From: Sphyrna mokarran
Lineage: Eukaryota
Reading direction: 5' to 3'
Length of the DNA stretch: 64,000 nucleotides
Assembly (NCBI GenBank): GCA_024679065.1
Contig: JAGIQG010000040.1
Coordinates: 7,192,001-7,256,000, forward strand
Positions 1 through 14,379 of the stretch are shown here, piece by piece (the stretch's first letter is position 1; each line of letters starts with the position of its first letter). The notes under the pieces are model-generated. The model saw only the letters and a list, made by a program, of their open reading frames with translations, searched no databases and had not been told where the DNA came from. A program made the position numbers and the translations under genes.

Positions 1-1047
1 TTCAGTCTCCCCAATATTTAAACAGAGGAAATTTCAGCTTATCCTGTACTGTATGTCAGATAGGTTGAGAAAGTATGTGATTTGGAACAGACCTTGGAGT
101 GTCAAAGATCCTGGGTGCTAGCAACCTTAGACACTCTTAGTTGACTCTTAGTACAAACAGCGCTCAACACCATGCATCCAATGAGAGACCTTTAATGACT
201 TGTGCACAAGGACAACCACCACATAGCTATACTGCAAGTGGTTCTGACATTATGGAAAAACAACGTGGCGATTATAGTCAATTACAGCAAATCCAAAACA
301 ATTTTTTAATCCTTCACTGACATACATATTTGCCAATTAAATCCTGGCTTTTTGCTCTTTCTCGTTTGATGAAAAAATTGACATTTGCTCATCATTTATT
401 TGCATAGCATATCCTCATATCTCATCTTTGGTATTTGTTATGGAAAAAATTGACCTTGCTCACCTTCAGGTCAAAAAGCAGAATGTTATGGAGCCTATGT
501 AAGTGAAGATTAATCTGTTCAGGTTGAAATAGTAGGCACAAACTCCCTTGAAGGTCTGCAACTGATAAACATTCTCAGAGAGAGTTACAGAGAAGGCATG
601 AAATTTTTAATCTGTGTACTTTAACATCCAGAGGAGGTAATCCTATTCATATATACATGCTATGCTAGTCCATTTAGGTGGTCGAGGTAGAGGTTTTGGA
701 GATTCTGTGAAAGTTCTGGTGGAATTATAGAAATATAAGATACATCTCATTAACCGCTGCCTCTCACACATTACTCTCTTTTTCTCCTTTCTCGCCCTAT
801 CTGTCTCTTTGAACCTATAGAGGCTTGAGATTTATGTACACCCAGGCTGGGTTGCAGGTTCTCTTCCCTAAAGGATATTAGTGACTCATTGGAATTCCAC
901 AACAATCTAACAGCTTTCATAATCACTTTCCCCTAGTGTTGGCCCCACAAATTAGCAGATTCATTCAGCTCAATTTCACAACCTGCCTTTGTGTTTTTGT
1001 GATTTCTCTCTGACTCCCTTTCTTCTGTGTTTAAATTGATTTAACAG

Positions 1048-2215
1048 AGCATTAGAAGGGGAAGATTTGTAGTCGGAAAACTGAAACCAAACATGACATC
1101 AGAATCTGACAGCATCACCCCATTTATCGTAACCTAAATATCATTGGATTTTGAACAAGGAAGGAAAAAGCATCATTCACGATGAGGAGATATCATACAG
1201 TGTTCTGTGTATGGGCGAGGCTTCAGCTGATCATCTGATGTGCTGAGACATAAATTCTGTCACAATGGAGAGAAGAAACGATAGAATTGTGCAAACTGTG
1301 GGAAGGGATTCAAATTCCCATCTGACCTGGAAAAACATCAACGCAGTCACATTGGAGAGAGACCATCCATGTGCATCAAGTATGGCAAGGAATTTGTTCA
1401 GTTATGCAACCTGCTGACACACCAGCAAACTCACATGGAGAGAAACCTTTCAATGCCCAGGTTGTGGGAATGGTTATAAAATTCCAGAGACTTGATGTCC
1501 CATCAATATGTTCACACATATGAGACACAATTTAGATGCTCTCACTGTGGGACTGGATTCATCTGATCTCACTGTACACCACCAAGTTCACATTGGTTAA
1601 AGGCCATTCACCTGTTCCCACTGTGAAAAAGGATTTACTCAGTCATTTCATCTGCTATCTCACCAGCAAGTTCACACTGACGAGAGATCTTTTAAATGTC
1701 CTCGCTATGGGAAATACTAGAGAGTTGATGTGTTATCAACATGTTCACAGTGATGAGAAAGCGTTCAGATGCACATCTGACGTCGCTGCAGATCAGGGAA
1801 TTCACACCAGGGAGAAATTGTTTGTCTGCTCCCAGTGTGAACAAAGAACAATACAGCGCTGGAAACAGGCCCTTCGGCCTTCCAAGCCTGCGCCACTCAT
1901 TGGTTCAAGTAGACCATTTTTCTGTATCCCTCCATTCCCAGTCTGCTCATGTGACTATCCAGATAAGTCTTAAATGATTCCAGCGTGTCCGCCTCCACCA
2001 CCCTACTTGGCAGTGCACTCCAGGCCCCCTCTGTGTAAAATACGTCCCTCTGATATATGAGTTAAACCTCGCCCTCCCCCCTCAATTTGAACCTGTGACC
2101 CCTCATGTTTGTCAAAGCTTCCCCCTATTCATCCTATCCAAACCGCTCATTAAGTGTGTGGGAAGGGATTCACTACCTCCTAAAACCTGCTGGGACATCA
2201 GCAAGTTCACAACTA
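1048..2215 (+). pseudogene. C2H2 zinc-finger array pseudogene, interrupted by a CR1 fragment
   Basis: Repeated decayed fingers, e.g. [26 protein letters not shown] (~1288-1365) and HTREKLFVCSQC. In-frame stops and frameshifts are present. Acceptor ttaacag at 1041-1047. The finger resumes after the CR1 at ~2153 (tgtgggaagggattc...catcagcaagttcac). Confidence 0.85.
1844..2150 (-). mobile_element. CR1 LINE 3' fragment inserted in the ZNF pseudogene
   Basis: agaacaatacagc...acaggcccttcggcc tail motif and RT C-terminal similarity to other CR1 copies in the window; ends approximate. Confidence 0.75.
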
Positions 2216-2449
2216 ACTACAGGGATTGATTTTGCTCTTAATCATGTCCAGGACTGAACTATGCTCATTGGGGTCTGCTCCTGCTGATGTTGTTAACCTC
2301 CAACATAGCTATCAGTGCTAATATTCTGAAACAAATCAAATGAATTACCTTCTGTTAGAACCTACTGTATTGAATCTTGTAAATATCTCTAATGTAAGTT
2401 GGTTAATTTTGAAAGTCTCTCCCACTCTCGTGTCTTCTCCATCCTCACC

Positions 2450-3039
2450 TCCAACAACAAGCGCGAGAAACTCATGGAGCCTCTATGTCACTAAGATTGA
2501 GACAATCCCAACAGCAATCTCTGCTTCTTCTCCCTTACGTTCACCTACCAGGACAAACCGTCTCTAGTGTTCCGCAGTGCCCGAGTGCTAAAATGTATCT
2601 TTCTCCTGTATCACATCCATCTGCCCTCTTGCCCTCTCAAAGCTCATGTCCATCAGAACTGCCTCCACATTGAACCAATTTCCATGAAACTGTTGATCGC
2701 CAACTTCTCCATGGTAACTGACCTTAATGCTTCTCCCTCTTCCGTTACTGTTCCGCTCAGCCTCAAATCATCACCCATCCTCAATAAACAGACCTTTCAT
2801 TCCACCATCTTTGCAAATGACTGTCTCATCTCCAACCTCCCTTTCCTCTCCAAACTTCATTGTGCATGTTTTCACCTCCCAAATCTGTGTCTATCTTTCC
2901 TAGAACTCCCGTTTGAATCCCTCCAATCAGGTCTCCGCCCCTGCCACAGTACTGAAACAGCTCTGATATCCTCTACGAGTGTGATAAAGGTAAATTATCC
3001 CTTCTCGTCGCCCACCTGTCTGCAGCTTTTGACAAAGTT
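2450..3039 (+). mobile_element. Decayed L2/CR1-clade LINE reverse-transcriptase fragment
   Basis: ORF 2567-3109 contains LISNLPFLSKL...QSGLRPCHSTETAL, typical of RT domain 1-2 motifs. Confidence 0.7.
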
Positions 3040-5810
3040 GAACATAGAACATAGAACATTTCAGCGCAGAACAGGCCCTTCGGCTTTCGATGTTGCGCCG
3101 ACCAATTAGGAACAAGCAATGACCCTCTAACCTAAACCATTCCCTTTTCATCCATAAACTTATCTACTAACCTCTTAAACGCCACCAAACTTGGCGCATC
3201 TACAACTGCAGCAGGCAGGGCATTCCATACCCTTACCACCCTCTGGGTAAAGAACCTACCTCTGACATCCATCCTATAACTATCACCCCTTAATTTAAAG
3301 CTGTGTCCCCTCGTGCTAGCTGTCTCCATCCTAGGAAAAAGGCTATCACTGTCCACCCTATCTAAACCTCTAATCATCTTATATGTTTCCATAAGGTCTC
3401 CTCTTAGCCGCCTTCTTTCTAACGAAAACAACCTCAAATCCCTCAGCCTCTCTTCATAAGACCTGCCCTCCATACCATGCAACATCCTGGTAAACCTCCT
3501 CTGTACCCTCTCCAATGCCTCCACATCTTTCTTATAATGCGGGGACAAGAACTGTACACAATACTCCAAGTGCGGCCGCACTAGAGTTTTGTACAGTTGC
3601 AACATGACGTTGCGGCTCCGAAAATCAATCCCCCTACCAATAAAAGCTAAGACTCCATATGCCTTCTTAACAACCTTATCGACTTGACTGCCTACTTTCA
3701 GGGATCTATGCATAAATACACCAAGATCCCGCTGTTCATCAACACTATTAAGAATCCTACCATTAGCCCTATACTCTACACATTTATTATTCCTGCCAAA
3801 GTGCATTACCTCACACTTTTCCACATTAAACTCCATTTGCCACCTCTCGGCCCAGCTCTGCAACTTGTCCAAGGCTCTCTGCAAACTAGAACACCCCTCT
3901 TCACTATCTACCACTCCACCGACTTTAGTGTCATCTGCAAATTTACTAATCCATCCTTCAATAACCTCATCCAGATCATTTATAAAAATTACAAACAGCA
4001 GGGGCCCCAAAACAGACCCCTGAGGTACACCACTTGTAACCGAACTCCACGATGAACATCTCCTATCAACCACCACCCTCTGTCTTCTATCTGCTAGCCA
4101 ATTCCTAATCAATTAGCTAAATCACCCTCTATCCCATACATCTGCATTTTCTGCAGAAGTCTTCCATGGGCCACCTTATCAAACGCCTTACTAAAGTCCA
4201 TATATACCACATCAACCGCCTTACCCCCATCCATCTCTTTGGTCACTTTTTCAAAAAACTCAATAAGGTTAGTAAGGCACGACCTACCCTTCACAAAACC
4301 ATGCTGACTATCCCCAATCAATTCATTTCTCTCTAATAACTATAAATCCTATCCCTAATAATTCTCTCCAATACTTTGCCCACAACAGAAGTAAGACTCA
4401 CCGGCCTATAATTCCCCAGAAAGTCTCTATTCCCCTTCTTGAACAATGGGACCACATTCACTATCCTCCAGTCTTCCAGCACTAAACCCATAACCAACGA
4501 CGACCTGAAGATCAGAGCCAGAGGCTCTGCAATCGTCTCTCTCGCCTCCCAGAGAATCCTAGGGTAAATCCCGTCCGGCCCAAGGGACTTATCTAACTTC
4601 AAACCCTCAAGAATATCTAGCACATCCTCCTTATCTACTTCAATACTTCCAGTTTGCAACCCTGTATCCCAGTGTTCTCCACAACTACATTTACATCTCC
4701 CTGCGTGAATACCGAAGAGAAATAGTTGTTCAGTGCCTCTCCAATCTCTTCAGCTCCACGCACAACTTCCCACTGCTGTCTATGACTGGCCCTAATCTTG
4801 CCCTAACCTAGCATCTTCTATTCTTAACATATCTAAAGAAAGCTTTAGGATTCTCCTTGATCCTATCAGCCAAAGTCTTCTCATGTCCCCTTTTAGCCCT
4901 CCTCAACTCACTCTTTAGCTCACTCCTGGCTAATCTGTAGCTATCCATTGCACTAACTGAGCCTTCAAGCCTCATCCTGACATAAGCGTCTTTTTTCCTT
5001 TGAACCAACGAATTAACTTTTTTAGTACATCAAGGTTCCCTTACTCGACCATTTCCTCCTTGCCTGACAGGGACATACTTATCAAGGACTCGCAGTAGCT
5101 GTTCCTTGAATAAGCTCCACATTTCAGATGTGCCCAGTCCCTATAGTTTCCTAGTCCAACCTATGCACCCTAATTCCCTCCTTATGGCCTCATAATTACC
5201 ATTCCCCCAGCTACAACTACTGCCCCCAGTTTCATGCCTATCCCTATCCATCACTAAGGTGAACATAACCGAATTGTGGTCACTATCACCAAAATGTTCA
5301 CCAACTTCCAAGTCTAACACCTGGTCTGGCTCATTGCCCAGCACCAAATCCAATGTAGCCTCACCTCTGGTTGGCCTATCTACATACTGAGTCAAAAAAC
5401 CTTCCTGCACACTTTGTACAAAAACTGACCCCTCTAACGAGCTAGAGCTATAGCCATTCCAATCAATATTAGTAAAGTTAAAGTCCCCCATAACAATTAC
5501 CCTATTACTTTCACTCCTGTCCAGGATCGACTTTGCAATCCTTTCCTCTACCTCTCTAGAACTTTTAGGAGGTCTATAAAAGACTCCCAACAGGGTGACC
5601 TCTCCTGTCCTGTTTCTAACCTCAGCCCATACTCCCTCAACAGACAAGTCCTCATCAAACTTCCTTTCTGTCACTGTGATACAGTCTTTAACTAATAATG
5701 CCACTCCTCCCCCTCTTCTACCTCCTTCTCTACTCCGACTGAAGCATTTGAACCCCGGAACCTGCAACAACCATTCCTGTCCCTGCTCTATCCATGTCTC
5801 TGAAATGGCC
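3040..5810 (-). mobile_element. CR1 LINE, ~2.8 kb, 5'-truncated (APE endonuclease + RT, disrupted)
   Basis: Endonuclease motifs (GVALLVK, GVFYRPP, MGDFNF, DSDHN) in 5141-5878. RT motifs (NYRPVSLTS, DFSKAFDKV, GVPQGSVLGP, FADDTK) in 3132-4659. (TGTTCTA)n tail at 3040-3060. Confidence 0.95.
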
Positions 5811-5879
5811 ACCCCATTCTCCTCCAACAGCTTTCCACTGTTGTCCAGCTGCATGGGGCTGCTCTCTTCTGGTTCCATT

Positions 5880-6365
5880 CAAAGCAATTTAGCATGGGAG
5901 ATCAACCTAACCCACATATCTTTGGACTATGGTAGGAAACAGGAGCATGCAGAGTAAACCCATAGTGAGACAGGGTGGCACTGTGGCACAGTGTTTAGCG
6001 CTGCTGCCTTACAGCACCAGGAATCTGGATTCAATTCCTGGCTTGGGTCACTGTCTGTATGAGTCTGCGAGTTCTCTTGTGTCTGTGTGGGTTTCCTCTG
6101 GGTGCTCTGGTTCCACCCACAGTCCAAAGATGTGCTGGTTAGGTGCATTGGTCATGTTAAATTCTCCCTCAGTGTGCCTGATCAGTTGCTGGAGTACTGC
6201 GATGAGGGAATTTTCATAGTAATTGCAGTGTTGATATAAGCCTACTTTGCAACACTAATGATAAAAAACTTTGAACGTGCACACTCCACATAATCATCCA
6301 AGGCCAGAATTGAACCCGGATCCCTAGTGCAGTGAGGCAGTAATAGTAAACACTGCATTACCATC
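5880..6365. mobile_element. Nested tRNA-derived HE1-like SINEs: a + copy (~5971-6270) inside a - copy (~5880-5965 and ~6275-6365)
   Basis: Pol III A/B-box head tggcacagtgtttagc...gattcaattcc followed by the HE1-type body. The flanking halves match the reverse complement of the same family. Confidence 0.65.
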
Positions 6366-8256
6366 CAACCCTCTCAATGTCCCTCAGAATCTTAAATGTT
6401 TCCAAGGATGATAGGAAGTGAGATTTTGGGTTCGGACATAGCTCGGCACAACATTGAGGGCCAAGGGCCTGTACTGTTCTATGTTTCTATGATTCGGTCA
6501 AGTCACTCTTACTACCCTAAAATCAAATAGGTACAAACCCATGCTTTCCAACATTCCTTGCTTTTAGTCCAGTAAAACTTCTCTGAACTGCTTTGTGTTC
6601 ATTTATGTCTCTCCTTAAATAAGGAAACCAATATTGTGCAAAATAATCCAGATGTAGTCTCACTGTTCAACTGAATCACAACTTCTCTACTTCTGTATTC
6701 AATTGCTCTCACAATAAACAAGAACAATCCTTAGTGTTTCTGCTAAACCTTTCTTTTCTGATTCATGATGCAGGTCACTGAGATTAGTCTGAACCTTCGA
6801 ACTTTGCAATCTTTCACTATTTAAAATAAGAAGCTTTTTTTCATCCTTCATGCTAAATTGAACAGTTTCGAATTCACCCACATTCTTCTCCATTTGCTAG
6901 ATATCTGTTCTCTCACTTAATTATTCTACTTCACATTGTAGCCAATTTATGCCAGCTTTAATATACAATCCCTTACATACCTTGATGCTGTTTGCAAGTT
7001 TAGCAAACATACCTTCTGTTCTCAGCCAATTCGTTTGTATAATGTTGACATTTCATCACTGATCCCTGTGGCACAGCAGGAATTCTAGTACCCTGTGGGA
7101 TGAAAACCACTCGTGTTATCTTCAATGTGTTTATATTAACGAAATGTAGAGCCTTACTTAACAAATGTTATTTGATTAAATAATACTGTTTGTTCATAAA
7201 TTGTTAGGCCAGGCACAATAGAAGTTAAAACTTCTGAACTTGCATATTTTAAGTGAAATTGTTTTACAACTCAAACAACAGAACAATTGTATACTTGTCA
7301 TTCTATACCATATGACATTGCAATCATTGTCAGAAACTGCAACTGAAATTGAAATTTTCACGGCATCGGCAATGGCAACATTTGACTCATAGATGGCAGT
7401 GAAACACAAAACATTTGAGCAGTCATTGACTGTTAGGTCCAATTAGTCTGCTTCTCCATTCAGTAAGATCATGGCTGACCCTATACATCAATGCCATATT
7501 CCAGCTTTCTTTCCATAGTCCTTGATGCCATTAATGTCGAAGAATTTATATTTTCCTTGGACACATTCAGTGATTGGCCTACATTACTTTTGCTGTGAAG
7601 ATTCTTTAGGTGTCGCTCAGTGCATTTGTGTAAAGGCAAATCATTCTTTATACTCTTACTGTAGTTCCTCAAATATAAACAAATTACCTTCTCCGGAAGG
7701 TTTAAGCATCATATTTTAATTTATTCAAATTGTAACTTCAGATCACTCAAAAAATAAAAACATCTTAGTAATATGTTCTATTAGGTATTCATGTTGTTTA
7801 CATACTTTGAAGGTATCTGTCACCATACTCATTTAATCCCTTTCCAGTCTGCCTGATACAGTTTCAAACGAAGTGAATAGCTTTGCTCTGTGTATCTGCC
7901 TGTTTCTTTCTCTGTCTCTCTCTCTCTCACAACCCACGATTTGTCTCTCTGACTGTTTTTTCTTTCTCTCTTGGTATCTTCATTCAAGAAAGCTGCGAGA
8001 ATTTATAATGCTCCCATCACAACTCTTTCTGAATAAGCAAAATCATCAGTATTTGAAAAGCCTCTCTTACTGTCTCCCCAATGAGTTTTCAGCTTTTCCT
8101 GAGATGCGTTATGTTTTCGTTCATCTTTACATTCCATTGTTCCATGCTGTCGATGGAAGTCCCTTTTCCCTCACTATTAAAAACAAATGTCGGTTTCTTT
8201 GGATATAAATAACTTGACATGTTGCTTCATTCATTAATGATCTTCACAAGTTGTTA

Positions 8257-9145
8257 CATAGAACATAGAACATAGAACAATACAGCACAGAACAGGCCCT
8301 TCGGCCTTCGATGTTGTGCCGACCAAAATAAAAAGCAATGCCCCTCCAAACTAAACCATTCCCTTCTCTTCCATATACTTATCAATTAACCTCTTAAACG
8401 CCACCAAACTTGGCGCATCTACAACAGCTGCAGGCAGGGCATTCCACTCCCTAATCACTTTTGAGTAAAGAACCTACCTCTGATATCCGTCCTATAACTC
8501 ATACCCCTTAATTTAAAGCTGTGTCCCCTCGTGCTAGCTTTCTCCATCCTAGGAAAAAGGCTATCACTGTCCACCCTATCTAAACCTCTAATCATCTTAT
8601 ATGCTTCAATAAGATCCCCTCTTAGCCGCCTCCTTTCTAACGAAAACAACCTCAAATCCTTCAACCTCTCTTCATAAGACCTGCCCTCCATACCAGGCAA
8701 CATCCTGTAAACCTCCTCTGTACCCTCTCCAATGCCTCCACATCTTTCTTATAATGTGGGGACCAGAACTGCACACAATACTACAAGTGCGGCCGCACTA
8801 GAGTTTTGTACAGTTGCAACATGACGCTGCGGCTCCTAAATTCAATCCCCCTACCAATAAAAGCTAAGACTCCATATGCCTTCTTAACAACTTTATCCAC
8901 TTGACTGCCTACTTTCAGGGATATATTGACACATACACCAAGATCCTTCTGTTCCTCAACACTATTAAGAGCCCTACCATTAGCCCTATACTCTACACAT
9001 TTATTGTTCCTGCCAAAGTGCATTACCTCACACTTTTCCACATTAAACTCCATTTGCCACCTCTCGGCCCAGCTCTGCAACTTGTCCAAGTCACTCTGTA
9101 AACTAAACCACCCCTCTTCACTATCTACCACTCCACCAACTTTAG
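8257..9145 (-). mobile_element. CR1 LINE 3' fragment (young subfamily)
   Basis: RT C-terminal ORFs 8455-8703 and 8781-9131; (TGTTCTA)n tail. Confidence 0.93.
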
Positions 9146-12125
9146 TTAGTAGTTACATTTCGCTTGATATGATCTAGCTAAATGCAAGTCACATACGCAC
9201 ATGTGCACATACAGCCACACATGCACACACACACACGTATCCACTCCCCCTTCGTAGTATAATTCATATAAAGTGATACATGGAAAATATGAAATTCCAT
9301 TATTATATAATGAATGGGATCGTATCCAACATGAATTATGGCCCACTATAGCATAAACAAACACTGTACATATTAGAAGAAAAACAGGTATTTGTGCCAG
9401 TGCTCTAAAAATAAACATTGAAGCTTTGGTAATAGAAATAGAGATGGATGTGGTCCAGTTATAACAAACACCATACTTGGTGTAATATAAATAAATGGTC
9501 TGCTGCCGTAATAAAAATGACAGAACCTGATGCAAGAGCATTAGAACATCTGATGCAAGAGAACCTGATACGTATTGGCGAGTGCTTTAATAACAGAGAT
9601 CTGATCTCATGAAATCTAAACCGAGATATGGGCTTTTTCATGATTGTCTAGATTTGATTTATTTATTTATAAATTTATTTATATTTATTAATATACAGTG
9701 AAAAGTATTGCTTTTTGTGCATTTTATAGGGAAAGCATGTCGTATATAGAGAAGAAAGGTGCAAGTGCAGAATGTAATGTTACAGTCACAGCTAGCTAGC
9801 AGATAAAGATCAAATTAATATAAGGTACATATTCAGAACTCTGATGGCAGCATGGAAGAAGCTGTTCTTGTGTCGACTGGTACGCGACCTCAGATTTTTG
9901 TATCTTTCTTTCCAGACAGCAGAACATGGAAGACAGTTTGTGCGGGGTACATGGGGTTCTTGATTATGCTGGCTGCTTTTCCGAGGCAGTGGGAAATGTA
10001 GACAGAGTTAATAGTTGGGAGGCTGGTTTGCATGATAGACTGAGCTTTGTTCATGACCATTTAGAGTTTCCTGCAATCTTGAATAGAGCAGGAGCCATAT
10101 CAAGCTGTGATATAAACAGAAAGAATATCTTCTATGGTGCATCTATAAAATTAATAGCAGAACCAGATCCATAATAAAAATAGAGCAAATACGTGTTTAA
10201 TAATAATGGAATTTTGTTGTGTATTAACAACTGAAATAAGTAGCAGTGTATTACAAATGGTCAGTGTTAAATTATTTCATGATAGAAACATGTTCCCACC
10301 TAGAATAGACATGGACAATTTTCCATATTGATAACAGCATTAGAATTAGAATGAGAATATTTTCCAACATCGTCGGAAGAAACAAAGGCAATACTTAGCG
10401 AATCAGCCATTACAATAAAGATCAAAACTGCATCCAAATCAGTTAAAGCAAAACCATGGTTTATCACTGTGTAATGAATATCCTGTTCAATCTAATAATA
10501 TCGGGGCGGGTTGCAACATCTTACTGAACGTATCAATGAAACAATGTGATGATAACACAGCCGGTATCCAATGCACTGAAAGCAATGACTGGGTGAGTTT
10601 GAGTCGGAGGCTATTCAGATAATGACAAATATTTTCTTAATAACCGAGTCAATGATGATTGGATGCTGAAGGGAACAAGGTTTGTTAAAAAACAGGCAAG
10701 GCCTAACATAACGGGAATTTTGAACAGGTCATAAAAGTCTTAAATAACTGGCAGCACTCTCACAAGCATCATTCTAGTGACTCAATCATGTTACATTTCC
10801 TCAGGGTAAAATTAATAAAAAAAAGAAGATTTGCAGGGAGTTGGTGATTTTCTGACCAGAGCTACATTATCATTAATGCAGCCAGCTAGAAATAATGGTG
10901 GACTTCAGAAATATACTTGACAATAATCAGCTTGTATATACGGGCAGTTTCAGGTCGTAGAATTGTCCCAATGGGTAAACTGTATAATTATCAAAGTGTA
11001 TCTAGGCATTGCAAAGGACAGGTGTCAGTACCCAAAATTATACTGAAACAAGAAGATACTTATATACAGATGGAGAAAGAGGAAGAGAGAGAGAGACAAA
11101 ATCATTCAAAACGTCCCTTTGACCCAATATAGCTCTCCCAGTTATATTAAAGCTCTGTTCAGTTACTTCCATTTCCTATTATTTTGCAGATGGAATTGTT
11201 CAATTATTTGTTGTTTATTCATTTATTTATTTATTCTATCTGGGAAGAAATAATGTACAAAGTTTTGAGAAAAGTTCGGTGACTGCCTGAGGTAGCTTTC
11301 AGAGAACAAGTGAATGGCCTCCTCATATTTTAGAGATCCTGTGATCCTGTTTCTGCCATTTTAAGCTCTGCCTATTTTTCTCTCGCAAACCTGGGTTTGT
11401 TTGCACCAGTCTTTCAGGGAGTGAATTCTGACACATGACAACTCACAGTATAAAAGGAAAACAGATTTCCACATGTTACCATCCAGTCCAATTAATACGA
11501 ATCTTCTGCTGTAACAATTGATTTTTCTTCTGGTTGATGCAGACTTTCTTTATACTTACTATACTTATTAATTGTATGTGAAAAAGGTTGTATGTGAAAA
11601 AGTACTCTTGGAGCTGGAGATTGAATTGCAGATTGAGGATTGAAACACAGTCCTTGAAATTTAGGGATGAAAAGAAAAAAGTAGGACAAAGTGACAATTG
11701 CAAATGCTGTGAAATAGATAAAGTAAGTAACACTTTGAAATCGGCGAAGACTGTCAGGCACAACGCTACTGTTGCCCGGCTTTTGAAAACAGGATGAGAT
11801 CAGTGACTGACCCACACACACCCCCAGTTATGTCCGAGAATAGAAGATATGAACAGATCACGTGTGTGTCATTTATAAATGTCACCACAAAACTATCTGT
11901 GCGACTCTGTGCTGATTCTATGGCCAGATAGAGGCCAACTTGGCAGATGTTTCGACTAGATTGTGGCCCCTGGATTTATTTTGTGCTCAGAAGTGAGATG
12001 TTTGGTTTGGAGGCAGCTGCAAAGAAACGGGAAGTTGTGTTACCTGAAACAAAATAGCAGGCGTTAGTTACATGTTATCACCGTGAAACAGTCTTCCTGC
12101 CTGAGAGGGTGAACTCGCTCTGTCA

Positions 12126-12403
12126 TTATCAGGAATCATGATGTAAAGATGCCGGCGTTGGATTGGGGTGGTAAGAACTCAGTAAGAATTTAGCAACACC
12201 AATTATTAATCCAACCGATTTATTCGATAGTAAAAAAGCGAGCTTTCAACACTCTTGTGTCTTCCTCAGGCAAGTGCAGTGAACACTGCACTTGCCTGAG
12301 GAAGACACAAGAGTGTTGAAAGCTCGCTTTTTTACTATCAAATAAATCGGTTGGATTAATAATTGGTGTTGCTAAATTCTTACTGAGTTCTTATCAGGAA
12401 TCA
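12126..12403. mobile_element. Palindromic Penelope-like element with 13-bp target-site duplication and minimal hammerhead-like core
   Basis: Inverted repeat 12172-12393 with 110-bp arms, one mismatch and a 2-nt centre. Direct repeat ttatcaggaatca at 12126-12138 and 12391-12403. CTGAGGA-stem-GAAA at 12296-12321. Confidence 0.7.
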
Positions 12404-13129
12404 CCAAATAGATTGTTTCTAGATTATCCATTGCAATCACATCAAAAATAAGTTTGATGTCCTTCTGATTTTGAATCATCTCTTCAAGTTGAAATTGCAG
12501 AAATGCCCAACATCTCTTTAAAGAATTTAAAGAAAATAAAACTCTCATTACTGATTTTTGGAAAATGTATATTATTAAGTCAGCCATAGCATAGAAAGAA
12601 ACGAACGTGGTAAAAAAAAAAATCAGTGATCTCTGGTTGTGAGAGAGGGGTTAAATGTGTTAATTTGTGCCTGAGAGGGTTTAAGTGGCTTAATGTCGTT
12701 ACGTGTTTGTGGCGAAAGTTAAATAAATCACATTGTCTCTCGGAGGGCAAAACGAGTGAAGTGCTGTCTTGAAGAAAGCAGAGAAGATACGTAGGACGGC
12801 TGCTGTAGGGAATGGGAGGAGAGGGACTCGACACAAGGTGTACAGTTTGAGAGAGAGAGAGGGTTAAAGAACACAGGCAGAAATAGGTGAAGTGAGTTCG
12901 TTGAAATCTCAGAAAAATTATTAGTTGAGACCTGTCATAAACTTACTTGCATTGATAATGGGCTGGTCAGTATTGCTTCGCTTTCTGAACAAAACCAAAC
13001 TGTGGTTCTGGACAAATACCGAAAGTGAAAAGTGTATAATTGGAATGTAATATTGCCTGTCCGAAATTTAAAGATATTCACTGTTAACGTTTTTGTCAAT
13101 AAACTTTAATTAAATGTCAAAACATTTCT

Positions 13130-13457
13130 CGGTGATTCTCAGAGGCTATTTCCCAGAGCTGAAATGGTCGCTATGAGAGGACACAGGTTTAAGGTGCTGG
13201 GCAGCAAGTACAGAGGAGATGTTAGGGATAAATTTTTTACTCAAGTGTGGTGAGTGAATGGAATCGGGTGCCATTGGTGGTGGTGGAAGCAAACTCACTG
13301 GGGTCTTTTAAAAGACTTCTGGATGAGTACACGGGATTAAATGGGATTGGGAGTTACAGATAGTTCTATGGCTTGGTAGGTATGGGTATGATCGGCGCAA
13401 CTTGTGGACCAAAGGGCCTGTTTGTGCTGTAATGTTCTGTGCTCTATGTTCTATGTA
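13130..13457 (+). mobile_element. CR1 LINE 3' fragment (second subfamily)
   Basis: Matches the 3' end of the 51865-53815 element; gttctat tail. Confidence 0.85.
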
Positions 13458-13940
13458 ATTCTATTACACACACAAACACACACTTGCGTGCGCGCGCACA
13501 CACACACACAGATAGACACAGGTGCACACACCCAAACATACATCCACATTCACATTCGCATATATACGCATACACACAGAAAATCACAAAACCTATACAT
13601 ATAAATACAGCACGCTGTGAGAACTGATTTCAATGGCACATACTAAATAGATAATTTTTTTTATTCTGATAGTCATAGGAAACAGTAGGAATCCATTCCA
13701 CTGAGAAGGTTGTTGACATCTTTGTCTGGAACAAATATGAACCAAGTTAAATGTAATAAAAAATCCACAAAAACATATCAGCGGATTACTCAGAGCACTG
13801 TGAATAATTAACACAATACATGATTAGAATTGAAACAAGATTAGGCATGTATTTCAATATTAAATACGATGGATTTGACAGTAGCAATGCTAATCAATTG
13901 TCCAGCACAGTAATATTTGGGCAGAATATCATGCAACAAT

Positions 13941-14234
13941 TAGAATCATAGAACCCTACAGTGCAGAAAGAGGCCTTTCAGCCTATCGAGTCTGCACCGA
14001 ACACAATTCCACCCAACCCCTACATTTTTATACCCAATAATTCCTCTAACCTATGCATCCCTAAGCCTGGTTCAATCAACCTAACCAGCGCATCTTTGGA
14101 CTGTTGAAGGAAACTCATGCAGACCTGAGGAGAATGTGCAAACTCCACACAGACAGTGACCCAAGCCAGGAATCGAATCCAGGACTCTGGACCTGTGAAG
14201 CAGCAGTGCTAATCACTGTGCTACTGTGCCACCC
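13941..14234 (-). mobile_element. HE1-like tRNA-derived SINE
   Basis: Reverse complement of tRNA head, HE1 body and CR1-like tail (tagaatcatagaa). Confidence 0.8.
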
Positions 14235-14379
14235 ATTAGATTTTAAATGCTTTTCGTAGAGAAAAATTTCTGAAACTGGGACTGTGCAATGGCTACAGGC
14301 GAAAAGTTTGGTTAATATATACTCTAGCAAGCTCGAGGGCAATGACTGATGAATCAAGGTCTTAATTAATACAAACTAG

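Noticed and set aside
3684-4055. Recurrent 123-aa ORF (also 33851-34222 and 43185-43556)
   Set aside because: Antisense shadow of the CR1 RT frame, repeated only because the copies are near-identical.
7194-10600. Hydrophobic minus-strand ORFs (7194-7442, 9146-9641, ~10300-10490) suggesting a receptor relic
   Set aside because: No recognisable family motifs or consistent frame; compatible with AT-rich noncoding DNA.
11450-11652. Minus-strand AG/GT-bounded segment with chemokine-like KKVCIN(P)EEK
   Set aside because: Needs a frameshift, there is no CC/CXC motif or signal exon, and it is too short to separate from chance.
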